A stretch of 63,354 nucleotides of DNA, the filler included. It is 7 parts of 7 records of this genome, joined end to end, with 100 filler letters (N's around TTAATTAATTAA, not from the genome) between each part and the next. Parts side by side here need not be neighbours in the genome. Positions count along the whole stretch, not along the records: positions 26,937 to 42,861 come from SRR20825010_2530; 6 more parts are not named here. One strand, given 5' to 3'. Of the stretch, positions 32,011 through 41,409 are shown one piece after another (positions within the stretch are counted from its first letter, which is position 1; every line of letters starts with the position of its first letter). The notes beneath the pieces were generated by a model, which worked only from the letters and a program-made list of their open reading frames with translations, ran no database searches and was not told where the DNA came from. The translations under genes were made by a program, and so were the position numbers.

Positions 32011-32736
32011 CTATGCCTCTGGCACAGCGTCAAACACACCGTGCTGTTCGGCCTTCGTCAGCGCCCGGCTTTCACCGGGCGCCAAGGTGGCATCTAACTG
32101 GATGCCACCCACTGCCAATCGATGCAACGCCGTTACCGTCTTGCCGCTACGCCCGAACATTCGCTTGATCTGGTGGTACTTGCCCTCGTGAAGCCACACA
32201 TCGGCCTCGAACGCAGAGCGGATAACCAGCCTGGCCGGTTGAGTATGGATTTTCTCGAAGTCGAACCACATGCCCCTCGCAAACGCCGCCACATCCGCCT
32301 CACTCAGGGCCTTGTCGACCCTCACCCGGTAATGCTTCCAAAGGCCCGTTTCCGGCAAGCTCAAACGCCGCGACCAGGCTCCGTCATTGGTAAGCAGCAT
32401 CAACCCGGTGCTGTTAAAATCCAATCGCCCGGCAAGGTGAAGCCCCTGGCGCTGATCCTCCGGCAGCAAATCCATCACCGTCATGTGCTGCTCATCGCGG
32501 GTCGCACTGACCACTCCAGCGGGCTTGTTCAGCATCCAATAGTGCCGCGTCTGCTGTGCCAACAACCGGCCATCGCATTCCACCCGATCAAAGGGACCGA
32601 TACGAAGCTGGCGATCACGGACCACCTCCCCGTTCACGGACACTCGACCGGCAGCCAAAACTGGTCGCAGATCACTGCGGCTTGTTTGCAGCTGCTGACT
32701 GAGGAAGCGGTCGAGGCGGAAATAACGGGTCGGCAT
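32011..32736 (-). CDS. RsuA-family 16S rRNA pseudouridine synthase
   Basis: S4 domain, LNKPAGVVSAT, AGRLDFNSTGL, EGKYHQIKRMF. Confidence 0.92.
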   Translation of the reverse strand: MPTRYFRLDRFLSQQLQTSRSDLRPVLAAGRVSVNGEVVRDRQLRIGPFDRVECDGRLLAQQTRHYWMLNKPAGVVSATRDEQHMTVMDLLPEDQRQGLHLAGRLDFNSTGLMLLTNDGAWSRRLSLPETGLWKHYRVRVDKALSEADVAAFARGMWFDFEKIHTQPARLVIRSAFEADVWLHEGKYHQIKRMFGRSGKTVTALHRLAVGGIQLDATLAPGESRALTKAEQHGVFDAVPEA

Positions 32737-32829
32737 GGAGCCAGTTTAATACAAGCCAGGGAATCTGCCGATCATTGGTATAGCCAAAAGCTATGTGTAG
32801 GCTACGGAATAACGGTTGCAAAAGAGAAG

Positions 32830-32848
32830 GACAACAGTTCTCATTGCG
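32830..32848 (+). promoter_or_regulatory. putative Fur box
   Basis: GACAACAGTTCTCATTGCG resembles the Fur consensus GATAATGATAATCATTATC; 40 bp upstream of a siderophore receptor. Confidence 0.55.
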
Positions 32849-32888
32849 ATCAAGATCTTTACCGCCATCAGACACTCCAGGATACTTC

Positions 32889-35036
32889 ATGCCTAACTTG
32901 CCCTTCCGCCTTCTGGCTCTTACGGCCGCCTGTATGGCCAGCTCACTCTCACTGGCTGAGACCGACCAAGCGCACACCCTCGAAACCGTCGAGGTCCAAA
33001 GCAGTGCAGACGCCTCCAAGGAAGGCCTTAGTGAAGCGTACGTCGGTGGCCAGGTGGCCGAAGGCGGTTCTATTGGGATCCTTGGCAAGCAGGATAGTCT
33101 GGAAACCCCTTACAATTTCACCAACTACACAGAACTGCTGATCGAAGACCAGCAAGCGGAAAGTGTCGGTGATGTGCTGCTGAATGATCCGGCGGTGCGT
33201 GTTGCCCGCGGCTTCGGCAACTTCCAGCAAGTCTATCTGGTACGCGGCCTGCCGGTGTACTCCGACGACATGAGCTACAACGGCCTGTATGGCCTGCTCC
33301 CTCGCCAATACCTGTCTTCGGAGTTCATTCAGCGCGTTCAGGTATTCCGCGGTGCCAATGCGTTCCTGAACGGCGCCGCACCTGGCGGCAGTGGACTGGG
33401 CGGTGCAATCAACGTACTGCCCAAGCGAGCCCCCAACTACGCGGTGAACCAGTTTACCCTTGGCGTGGAGAGCGGCGGCCAGGGTTACGGTGCTGTGGAC
33501 CTGGCGCGCCGTAGTGACGACGGCCGTGCCGGCATTCGTATCAACGCCGCCCGCCGCGATGGTGACACCGCTGTGGATGGCGAGAACCAGAAAATATCAA
33601 TGTCACATATCGGTGTGGATTTCCGTGAAGAGAATCTGCGTCTTTCCGCCGACCTGGGCTTTCAGAAATTCAGCATGGATGCCTCCATGCCCAGCGTCAC
33701 CTTTGCCTCCGGCGTGCCAATTCAGAAAACCCCGGATGCAGACAAGAGCATCGCCCAACCCTGGACTTACTCCAACTCTGAAGACCTGTTTGGCACCCTA
33801 CGCGCAGAATATGACTTTGCGGATAACGTCACGGCCTGGCTCGCCGCCGGGGCCCGCCAGGGCGACGAAGACGCCATCTTCGCCAATCCCACGGTGAACA
33901 ATACCGCAGGCGATTACACCGCAAACCGTTTCGAGAACGTCCGGGAAGATACCGTCATTACTGGCGAAGCCGGGGTCCGCTGGAAACTGGCAACCGGCAA
34001 GATAGGACACACCCTGAGCCTGTCCACCGCCAGCTATGAATTGGACTCCAAGAACGCCTTTATCTTTGGGGGAGGCATCACCGGCAATATCTATAACCCG
34101 CAGACTGCTCCCATGCCGGCGTTGGGTTTCGCCGGTGGCGATCTGAACGATCCCAAAACCACCATCAAAACCCAGATGCGCAGCGTCGCACTGGCTGACC
34201 AACTTGCCATGCTGGACGATAAACTACTGGTGACGCTCGGTGCCCGCTACCAGGAAATCGAAGACACCAGCTACGATTACAACACCGGTGATCGAGGCAA
34301 CAAGTACGAAGATAACGATGTGACCCCGTCCGTTGGTGTGCTGTACCGCCTCACCGATTCCCTCTCCCTATACACCAATTACATCGAAGGTCTGGTGAAA
34401 GGCGGCAATGCACCAGCCAACAATAACGGCCAGCCAGTCGCCAACGCCGGGGAAACCATTGCCCCCTTCACCACCGAACAGACCGAACTGGGCATGAAAT
34501 TCGACGCCGGAAACCTGGGCGGCAGCCTCTCGTTGTTCCAGAGCAAGAAACCCATTACCGGCTACGACGGCAACAACACATTCGAAATCGTGGATGACCA
34601 GACAAACAACGGCCTGGAACTGATGGCCTACGGCAAGCCACTGGACAGCTTGACGGTGCTCGGTGGTGTCAGTTTGCTGGATACCGACGTGGATGGTGAA
34701 GACGCCATTGGCTCCCCGGACACCCAGGCCAACCTGAATGTGGACTGGGCTGTCCCCGGTACGGAAGGCCTGTCCCTGGACGGCCGCGTGATCTACACCA
34801 GCTCACAGTATGCGAATGCCGCCAACACCCAGAAAATACCGGACTGGACCCGCCTGGATCTCGGTGCCCGCTATCTGATTCCGGTAGGAGACGCTAAAAT
34901 GCTGACCCTGCGCGCCCGGGTAGAGAATGTGGCAGATGCGGACTACTGGGCCTCCGCCGGTGGCTTCCCCGGTTCCAGCTACCTGACCGTAGGCGCTCCG
35001 CGCACCGTCATGCTATCCGGCACCTACGAATTCTGA
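32889..35036 (+). CDS. TonB-dependent siderophore receptor
   Basis: signal peptide, LETVEV TonB box, plug (ETPY, VRG, RVQVFRG, GGAIN), RVENVAD..YW, GAPRT, C-terminal YEF. Confidence 0.95.
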   Translation: MPNLPFRLLALTAACMASSLSLAETDQAHTLETVEVQSSADASKEGLSEAYVGGQVAEGGSIGILGKQDSLETPYNFTNYTELLIEDQQAESVGDVLLNDPAVRVARGFGNFQQVYLVRGLPVYSDDMSYNGLYGLLPRQYLSSEFIQRVQVFRGANAFLNGAAPGGSGLGGAINVLPKRAPNYAVNQFTLGVESGGQGYGAVDLARRSDDGRAGIRINAARRDGDTAVDGENQKISMSHIGVDFREENLRLSADLGFQKFSMDASMPSVTFASGVPIQKTPDADKSIAQPWTYSNSEDLFGTLRAEYDFADNVTAWLAAGARQGDEDAIFANPTVNNTAGDYTANRFENVREDTVITGEAGVRWKLATGKIGHTLSLSTASYELDSKNAFIFGGGITGNIYNPQTAPMPALGFAGGDLNDPKTTIKTQMRSVALADQLAMLDDKLLVTLGARYQEIEDTSYDYNTGDRGNKYEDNDVTPSVGVLYRLTDSLSLYTNYIEGLVKGGNAPANNNGQPVANAGETIAPFTTEQTELGMKFDAGNLGGSLSLFQSKKPITGYDGNNTFEIVDDQTNNGLELMAYGKPLDSLTVLGGVSLLDTDVDGEDAIGSPDTQANLNVDWAVPGTEGLSLDGRVIYTSSQYANAANTQKIPDWTRLDLGARYLIPVGDAKMLTLRARVENVADADYWASAGGFPGSSYLTVGAPRTVMLSGTYEF

Positions 35037-35075
35037 GCTCAGGAAACGCCCCGGCCTTTGCCGGGGCAATCTTTT

Positions 35076-36185
35076 ATGAAACAAAGCACGTTCCGAATCT
35101 GGTCCTCCCTGCACACCTGGACCAGCCTTATCAGCACCGCCTTCCTGTTAATGCTTTGCATCACCGGGCTGCCGCTGATCTTTCATGATGAACTCGATAA
35201 CGTTCTGCATGGCGACAACTGGCAGCCGGCCAACCCTGACGGTGCGCTGCTGAGCCTGGACGCTATTCTCGAGCAGGCGGCGCAGCACCGCCCTGGTGAA
35301 GTGCCGCTGTACATGAGCTTCGATATCGACCGGCCGGTTATCAACGTCACCAGTGGTCCCGCTCCGGATTCCCCCGGCCGCGACATGACCATGGCGTCTT
35401 TCGATCGAACCAGCGGCGAGCCGGTACCCGGGCACGATGGCTTCGACATCATGGAATTCCTGCTGCAACTGCACACCGACATGTTCCTGGGCCTACCCGG
35501 CATGCTGTTCCTGGGCGCCATGGGCCTGCTGCTGATCATCGCCATTGTGTCCGGCGTTGTGCTCTATGCCCCCTTCATGCGCAAACTGGAATTCGGAGCC
35601 TTGCGCACCCAGCGCGCCAAACGCATCAAGTGGCTGGACTATCACAACCTGCTGGGCATCGTGACTGTTGCCTGGCTCACCGTGGTGGGCCTCACCGGTG
35701 TGGTGAACAGCCTTGCTGACCCCATCACCACTACTTGGCGAACCCAGGCACTGGCCGACCTGACTGCCGGCTACCAGGGCGACACGGTTCCCACCCCGAT
35801 GGAGATGGCCTCGCTGGATGATGCCGTCAAGCAGGCAGTGGAAGCGGCACCAGACATGACCCTGCAATTCGTGGCCTTCCCCGGCGGCTCCTGGTCCACC
35901 AACTATCACTACGCCATTTTCCTGCACGGCAACACGCCGTTGACCTCGCACATCACCACCCCAGTACTGATTGATGCACGCACCGGAGAGTTTGCCGGCA
36001 TGCGTGAGATGCCCTGGTACAACAAGGCACTCGCCCTTTCCGGGCCACTACACTTTGGGGATTACGGCGGATTACCGCTGAAGATTCTCTGGTTTGTACT
36101 GGACCTGTTTACCATTGTGGTGCTGGTGACCGGACTATACCTGTGGTGGGTACGGCGCCGAAATCGCACAGCAGGAGGTGCATGA
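35076..36185 (+). CDS. PepSY-associated TM helix protein
   Basis: LHTWTSL, LQLHTDM, DYHNLLG, PLHFGDYGGLPLKILW. Confidence 0.92.
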   Translation: MKQSTFRIWSSLHTWTSLISTAFLLMLCITGLPLIFHDELDNVLHGDNWQPANPDGALLSLDAILEQAAQHRPGEVPLYMSFDIDRPVINVTSGPAPDSPGRDMTMASFDRTSGEPVPGHDGFDIMEFLLQLHTDMFLGLPGMLFLGAMGLLLIIAIVSGVVLYAPFMRKLEFGALRTQRAKRIKWLDYHNLLGIVTVAWLTVVGLTGVVNSLADPITTTWRTQALADLTAGYQGDTVPTPMEMASLDDAVKQAVEAAPDMTLQFVAFPGGSWSTNYHYAIFLHGNTPLTSHITTPVLIDARTGEFAGMREMPWYNKALALSGPLHFGDYGGLPLKILWFVLDLFTIVVLVTGLYLWWVRRRNRTAGGA

Positions 36186-36343
36186 TGGGCCGTATTTTTG
36201 CCCTCCCCCTGCTGATAGGCATCACCAGTATCGTGGGGCTGCTGGCCGCGCTGCTCGGCGATGGCGTCTACGACGCGGTCTCGTGGTTAGGCTTGGGCCT
36301 CCCGGTGGCCGCCGTGATTTACGCCTACGTCAAACGACACTGA
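36182..36343 (+). CDS. small two-TM membrane protein
   Basis: ATGA overlap with the PepSY stop; GLLAALLGDGVYDAVSWLGL. Confidence 0.75.
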   Translation: MMGRIFALPLLIGITSIVGLLAALLGDGVYDAVSWLGLGLPVAAVIYAYVKRH

Positions 36344-36362
36344 GCGCCACCACAGCAGACGA

Positions 36363-36496
36363 CTGTAGGAGCCCCACTTGAGGGGCGAACAGCGACGGAG
36401 AGGATCGAAACTCGTCTCACCACAGAGCAGAAGCCGCAGAGACAATCAGATTTCTTTTCAGGCTTGGATTTCGCCCCTCAAGTGAAGCTCCTACAG
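36363..36496. repeat. GTAG-type REP doublet (REPIN-like)
   Basis: CTGTAGGAGCCCCACTTGAGGGGCGAA (36363-36389) and an inverted copy with 2 mismatches (36470-36496), between convergent genes. Confidence 0.85.
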
Positions 36497-36509
36497 GGAA
36501 GAAAAGCCA

Positions 36510-37973
36510 TTAGAAGCGCACGGTAACAGCCGAAATAAACGCATCGCGCGTGCCGATGAAACCATCGTACTCCAGCATCACCGACAACCTCGGCGTCACG
36601 TCCCAGTTGGCTCCGGTCACCAGATTCCAGCGGTCAGAATTGCTCTGATCCACCTCGTAATCCAGCACCTGATCCGTACCCGGTATAGCCAGACTGCCGG
36701 CCGCCACCGTGCGCACATCCAGATAGTTGCCACCGGCAAACACCGTCAACCGCCCTGCCCGGTTTAATGCAAAACCGCGGCCCAGACGTGGGCTGATGGT
36801 AAAGGCGCGCCCTTCCAGCGTGGTCTTGTCAGAATCCGTCCAGGTCACGTTGAACGGCACCAGCAGAAACCAATCACGCCAACCGGAGGCCACCACGCCA
36901 CCGGCACCGTAATTTATCGGGCTCAGGTCCACCTCAATGGGAAAACGTACCTGCTTGCCTTCAAACAGATAGCACACCGGCGGCCTGATCGCGCCGGTAC
37001 AGTCCTTGCCGATTTGATCCAGCATGGTGTCGCCATCCAGTTGGATATCCAGATCCAGATCCCCGTTTACCTGCCCGAAGGTGCCATACAGATTCAGGAA
37101 CGGCAGCACCCAGGCATCCACCTTGATCTGCTCCGTGATCAGGTCACTGTCAGCACCGAAAGACACAAAACGGTACGGCCGGGTGCCATTACCATTAAAG
37201 CCCACCTCCAGGTTTTCGATGCGCATGTCCTGGCGAACCGCCGCCCGCAACACCCCCACGCCAAAGGGCATGGGCAGGTCATAACCCCGCGCTACGGCCT
37301 GCTTGCCAAGCAATGGCAAGGGATGATTCCAGTAACGCGGAGCATCGTCGCTCAGGGTGTCATAACTTGTATGGCGGTTTGGGAAGTTATACTGGGACAG
37401 GCCCGTATCCGACAGCCGATGATTGACCCGTACCTGGCTGATATCCATGCTGGCACCCGCTGACACGCCCGCCTCACTGGACACAAACAGCTCAATCCCC
37501 GCATTCCCGGAGCGCATCTGTTCATCACTGTCACCCACATTGGAGGCCGCATTGGATTGCAAAAGCCATTTGCCATCCATGATCTGCTCGATCACGACAG
37601 GGTCGGTAATGACGGCGACAAACCGTTCCGCCCGCGCACCCAGTCCCAGCCCCATGCGAACGGAATAAATATCCAGATAGGTATGAGTGCCATCACGCTG
37701 GTCGTGCAATACCGCCACCGACGTGCCGCCACCCAATGGCCCCAGAAACAACACATCAGTGGTACCAACAATATAAGCAGGTGCACTATCCAGCTTCTGC
37801 TGCAACGCCGGCATCTCGGCAGAGAACTGCTGCAGCGCCTTGTCGGTTTTCCAGTCTACTTGCTGGCGTACCGCATCCAAATCGGCCACAGGCATTCCCA
37901 CACAACCGGTAAGAACCCCCACCACACCGAAGATCAGCAATGCCAGCCTGGCTGATACGAACAAGTGCCCCAT
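36510..37973 (-). CDS. lipoprotein: YSC84/SYLF-like N-terminal domain fused to a probable outer-membrane beta-barrel
   Basis: lipobox VLTGC; GGGT.VAV...MGLGLGA; GYDLPMPFGVG; beta-rich C-half ending VRF; start uncertain (ORF open to 38012). Confidence 0.65.
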   Translation of the reverse strand: MGHLFVSARLALLIFGVVGVLTGCVGMPVADLDAVRQQVDWKTDKALQQFSAEMPALQQKLDSAPAYIVGTTDVLFLGPLGGGTSVAVLHDQRDGTHTYLDIYSVRMGLGLGARAERFVAVITDPVVIEQIMDGKWLLQSNAASNVGDSDEQMRSGNAGIELFVSSEAGVSAGASMDISQVRVNHRLSDTGLSQYNFPNRHTSYDTLSDDAPRYWNHPLPLLGKQAVARGYDLPMPFGVGVLRAAVRQDMRIENLEVGFNGNGTRPYRFVSFGADSDLITEQIKVDAWVLPFLNLYGTFGQVNGDLDLDIQLDGDTMLDQIGKDCTGAIRPPVCYLFEGKQVRFPIEVDLSPINYGAGGVVASGWRDWFLLVPFNVTWTDSDKTTLEGRAFTISPRLGRGFALNRAGRLTVFAGGNYLDVRTVAAGSLAIPGTDQVLDYEVDQSNSDRWNLVTGANWDVTPRLSVMLEYDGFIGTRDAFISAVTVRF

Positions 37974-38323
37974 CCACCGTTTCCCTCTGCCACTTATCGG
38001 GCATTCCATCACGCTGTTACTGGATGGTGGACGGTTTTAGGGGAAGTGTCACGCGACTGACAAGGAACTCAGGACGACCAGCGTGATGGTCTAGCCAGGG
38101 AGCCCCAGGCCGTTATATCCCAACGCGACTACCACCTCGCCAATAACAATGCACAACACAACAGATAGCTTGAGTTCGGGAGAGGGCCCCGAAATGGTGG
38201 CGATATCGCTCGACACGAGCAGCGATATATCGAAAGCCCTGACCGTCCAAGCGTCAATCATTCCGCATTTTTTTCAAACGGAAACACCCCGCCCCATGGC
38301 CAGGACCTGTCAACCCAGCTCCC

Positions 38324-38737
38324 TTACGGCTGTCTGTCGAAGGTTTTCACCCCTTCCGGGATCTTGAACCAATCCTGCTTTTCACTGATCCAGATATGCG
38401 CCTGAGGCTCAAGAATACTGGTATCCGCCAGATTGGCCGGCTTCAATTTGATGCTCTCCGGTTCGTCCGGGTTGACGTGATAAATGCGATTACCGCAGGT
38501 GGGACAGAACATTGCCGCACTGGTATTGCCACTATCAGCGGTACGCAGCCATTCGCGCATTTCACCGTGAAACTCGATGTCTTAGGCATGCACAACAGCG
38601 GTAAGGCTGAACGCGCTGGTGGACAGCTTCTGGCACGCCTTGCAGTGGCAAGCCAGTACCTTCTGGGGTTCGGCCAATAACTGGTAGGTCACCTCGCCAC
38701 ACTGGCAGGCGCCATCGATTGGGTAGGTCGCCATCAT
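38324..38737 (-). pseudogene. GFA family (Mss4-like Zn) protein with an in-frame TAA
   Basis: MMATYPIDGACQCGEV..ACHCKACQK..VVHA*DIEFHGEMREW..FCPTCG; stop at 38582-38584 with the same frame on both sides. Confidence 0.85.
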
Positions 38738-38750
38738 TTCCTCCGTTCAT

Positions 38751-39164
38751 TCAGTCATTCGATTTACGGGCACTTCCGACACGCCCATAACATGCCAGGT
38801 CGTCTCTGCCTGATTGCCTGGCCCATTCATCTGCCCATTGAGCCAACGGCCCCATCGCTTCCATGAGCTGAGTCCCCAATTCGGTGAGGGCGTAGCCACT
38901 GCTCTCTTCCAACGCAACAATTCCCGCCTCACGAAGCTCCTTGAGCCGGGACATCAGCACGTTGGGCGAGCTGATACCACACTCCTGTTGCAGTGCGCGG
39001 GTACTCTTTCGCTGCTGGTGTCGCAAGCACCAGAGAATACGCAACGCCCAGCGACGACCAAGCAGATCCAGGGCCACCATGATTGGCTGGCCCGATTGGG
39101 AATTGCGAACCGGCTGGCCGGGTTTAACAGGTCGACTTTGCGTCACGCTTGATCTCCTGGTCAA
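38751..39164 (-). CDS. HxlR-family winged-helix regulator
   Basis: ALDLLGRRWALRIL, L.SRLKELREAGIV, GYALTELG. Confidence 0.88.
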   Translation of the reverse strand: MTRRSSVTQSRPVKPGQPVRNSQSGQPIMVALDLLGRRWALRILWCLRHQQRKSTRALQQECGISSPNVLMSRLKELREAGIVALEESSGYALTELGTQLMEAMGPLAQWADEWARQSGRDDLACYGRVGSARKSND

Positions 39165-39229
39165 TCGCTATTACTTTGATAGCGTTATCTATTTAATAGC
39201 GCCATGCTAGCACATGCGAGGAACAAACC

Positions 39230-40039
39230 ATGATCATTGATGCTTGGGCCCAACACCCCACTCTGCGTCACCTTCAGGACCCCATTTTCGATTCGCTACG
39301 GCGATGGACCAAAATGCCAACGCCACAATCAGAGCTTCCTGTATCGACAACGGTTGCCCTGATGGATGCCGGAAACGTGGATCTGAGTTTGATATCTGCC
39401 TGGGAAGCGCCCGGCAAGAGCATGATTTCCAATGATGAAGTTGCGCAATTCGTTCATCAGGCGCCAGACCGATTAATCGGTGTCGGTTCGGTCGATATCT
39501 CACGCCCCATGGCAGCGGTGCGGGAAATTCAACGCTGCGTTAATGAGCTGGGCTTCAAAGCCATACGCGTACTGCCCTGGCTATGGGAAGTGCCACCCAC
39601 CGATCGGCGTTTTTATCCTGTGTATACGGCCTGTGCCGAACTCGGCATTCCTTTCTGTACCCAGATTGGCCACACCGGCCCGTTAATGCCCAGCGAAGTG
39701 GGACGCCCTATTTACCTCGATCAGGTGGCGCTGGATTTTCCAGAATTGAGTATTGTCGCTGGCCATATCGGCTACCCGTGGACCGAAGAAGCCATCGCGG
39801 TTGCCACTAAACACGAAAATGTCTACATCGACACTTCCGCCTATACAACCAACCGTTACCCCGCCGCACTGGTGGATTTCATGCGTCACCACGGTCGTAG
39901 CAAGGTATTGTTCGGGACCAATTACCCCATGATCACGGCCGACAAGGCCCTGGAGGGGCTCGACGCCCTGGGGCTCGATGAGGAAGCGAAAACGCTTTTT
40001 CTTGCTGGCAATGCTCAACGGGTTTTTGACCTGCCCTAA
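39230..40039 (+). CDS. amidohydrolase family 2 protein
   Basis: IIDAW, FPEL.IVAGHIGYPW, NVYIDTSA, KVLFGTNYP, NAQRVF. Confidence 0.9.
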   Translation: MIIDAWAQHPTLRHLQDPIFDSLRRWTKMPTPQSELPVSTTVALMDAGNVDLSLISAWEAPGKSMISNDEVAQFVHQAPDRLIGVGSVDISRPMAAVREIQRCVNELGFKAIRVLPWLWEVPPTDRRFYPVYTACAELGIPFCTQIGHTGPLMPSEVGRPIYLDQVALDFPELSIVAGHIGYPWTEEAIAVATKHENVYIDTSAYTTNRYPAALVDFMRHHGRSKVLFGTNYPMITADKALEGLDALGLDEEAKTLFLAGNAQRVFDLP

Positions 40040-40072
40040 AACAGGCAATGATTTACCGGGGGCTCCCGCCGT

Positions 40073-40669
40073 TCACTGAGGGCGGTAGCGGTAGTGCCCG
40101 GTAATCTGATAGTCGAACAACATGTTCTCCAGCTCAGGGCCCGCACCAATGTTATGCACAATCAGCGGGTTGTCGCTGCCTTCGCTTGTCCGGTCTGTGA
40201 CAATGCCAATGTGCGGCAAATTACCCGGCAACATCCAGGTCACCACGTCACCGGGAGCGTAGTCAGCCGGCGCCTGGCTTATGGGGAGAGATTCGCCATG
40301 GCGACGGAAGAAAACCTGCAAGTTTGGCACGCGGCGGTGATCGATATTGCGATCGGTGGAACTTAGCCCCCAGATCCGTTTGGACGGATAAGCCGCGAAG
40401 TGGGCTGCCATATCCTCATGAACCAACACCTGAAGGTCTACACCAACAGCCCGATAGGAACGGATCACCACATCCGTGCAGACACCGATACTCGCCGGCA
40501 CATCGCCATTGGGGTAATCCAACCGGTAATAGGCGCCGTTGTAAGTTACTCGATGTTCCGTGCGCTCAAGCACCGCCGACACCAGGTCCTGTTGAAAAGC
40601 GTTTGCCTGCACACCACCCGACAACAGCAACCAAAGTAACGCTAATCCATGTGCCATGCGTTGCGGCAT
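40073..40669 (-). CDS. DUF1287 (YijF-like) secreted protein
   Basis: YPNGDVP..GVCTDVVIR, DRNIDHRRVPNL, HIGIV, IVHNIG. Confidence 0.88.
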   Translation of the reverse strand: MPQRMAHGLALLWLLLSGGVQANAFQQDLVSAVLERTEHRVTYNGAYYRLDYPNGDVPASIGVCTDVVIRSYRAVGVDLQVLVHEDMAAHFAAYPSKRIWGLSSTDRNIDHRRVPNLQVFFRRHGESLPISQAPADYAPGDVVTWMLPGNLPHIGIVTDRTSEGSDNPLIVHNIGAGPELENMLFDYQITGHYRYRPQ

Positions 40670-40742
40670 ATGCCTGCCCCTCTTTCTCACATCCATTCAA
40701 CAAACTCTTTCCTGTCGGTTAGCAGAGATTCAGAATGAAGGG

Positions 40743-41141
40743 TTAGCTATTAGAGCGTTGCGAAAGCGCCACCCAACCGAAGAACAACATAAAGGCCACG
40801 TCATTGAGCCCATAGATGCTAAAGAAGGCCCCGGCGAAAAGATCTTGCTCATACAAAGCACCAAGGTCATTGCTAGAGATCCACAACACCCAGGCCACAA
40901 CGTATACCAGCTTCTCAATGGCAAAGGCCGCCGCCAACCAGCGGAGACTCCCCTTGATAAAGGCCGCCCCCAGATAGGCCAGCCCCCACACCACAATCAT
41001 CAACAACCCGAAGTTGGACATCACCACCGGATCGGCCTGGTTGATGGCATCATTGGTAAAGGCACGGGAGAACAGCAGCACGCCGCCGATATTCATGGCA
41101 GCAGCGGCGATAAAACCGTTTCGGATCAGGTTGGCGTTCAT
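40743..41141 (-). CDS. hypothetical membrane protein
   Basis: four hydrophobic segments; GGAG RBS. Confidence 0.75.
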   Translation of the reverse strand: MNANLIRNGFIAAAAMNIGGVLLFSRAFTNDAINQADPVVMSNFGLLMIVVWGLAYLGAAFIKGSLRWLAAAFAIEKLVYVVAWVLWISSNDLGALYEQDLFAGAFFSIYGLNDVAFMLFFGWVALSQRSNS

Positions 41142-41409
41142 TGTTTCTCCAGAGAGTTAAGGGCATTTGGGTTTCATAAAGCCTGAGAGGCCAACGGCAA
41201 GACTATACGCTCCAGCGCCTGCCTGGAAATTTACTGTAGAACGTAGCGTAGCGGAGTAACGCTCTTAATGCGGCCCGGAGGGTGAGCGAAGCGAATACGC
41301 CGCTTGAGGCGCGAATCATTTACTGGCGAATCTGGAAGCCTGAATTCTTTACATGAGGAAAGATCTTCCCCTATACATTCAATTAACCCCCAACGGAAGT
41401 CTGCCCCCC

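Noticed and set aside
32122-33141. 339-aa + strand ORF
   Set aside because: Antisense to the pseudouridine synthase and out of frame with the TonB receptor; no motifs.
36363-36496. Mini CRISPR array
   Set aside because: Only two copies, inverted rather than direct, and no cas genes; it fits a REP doublet.
38040-38320. Possible gene remnant or sRNA in the intergenic gap
   Set aside because: Only a short hydrophobic minus-strand stretch broken by a stop; no recognisable family or stable structure.
38582-38584. Programmed recoding (selenocysteine or pyrrolysine)
   Set aside because: The codon is TAA, not TGA or TAG, and TAA ends other genes on this contig normally.
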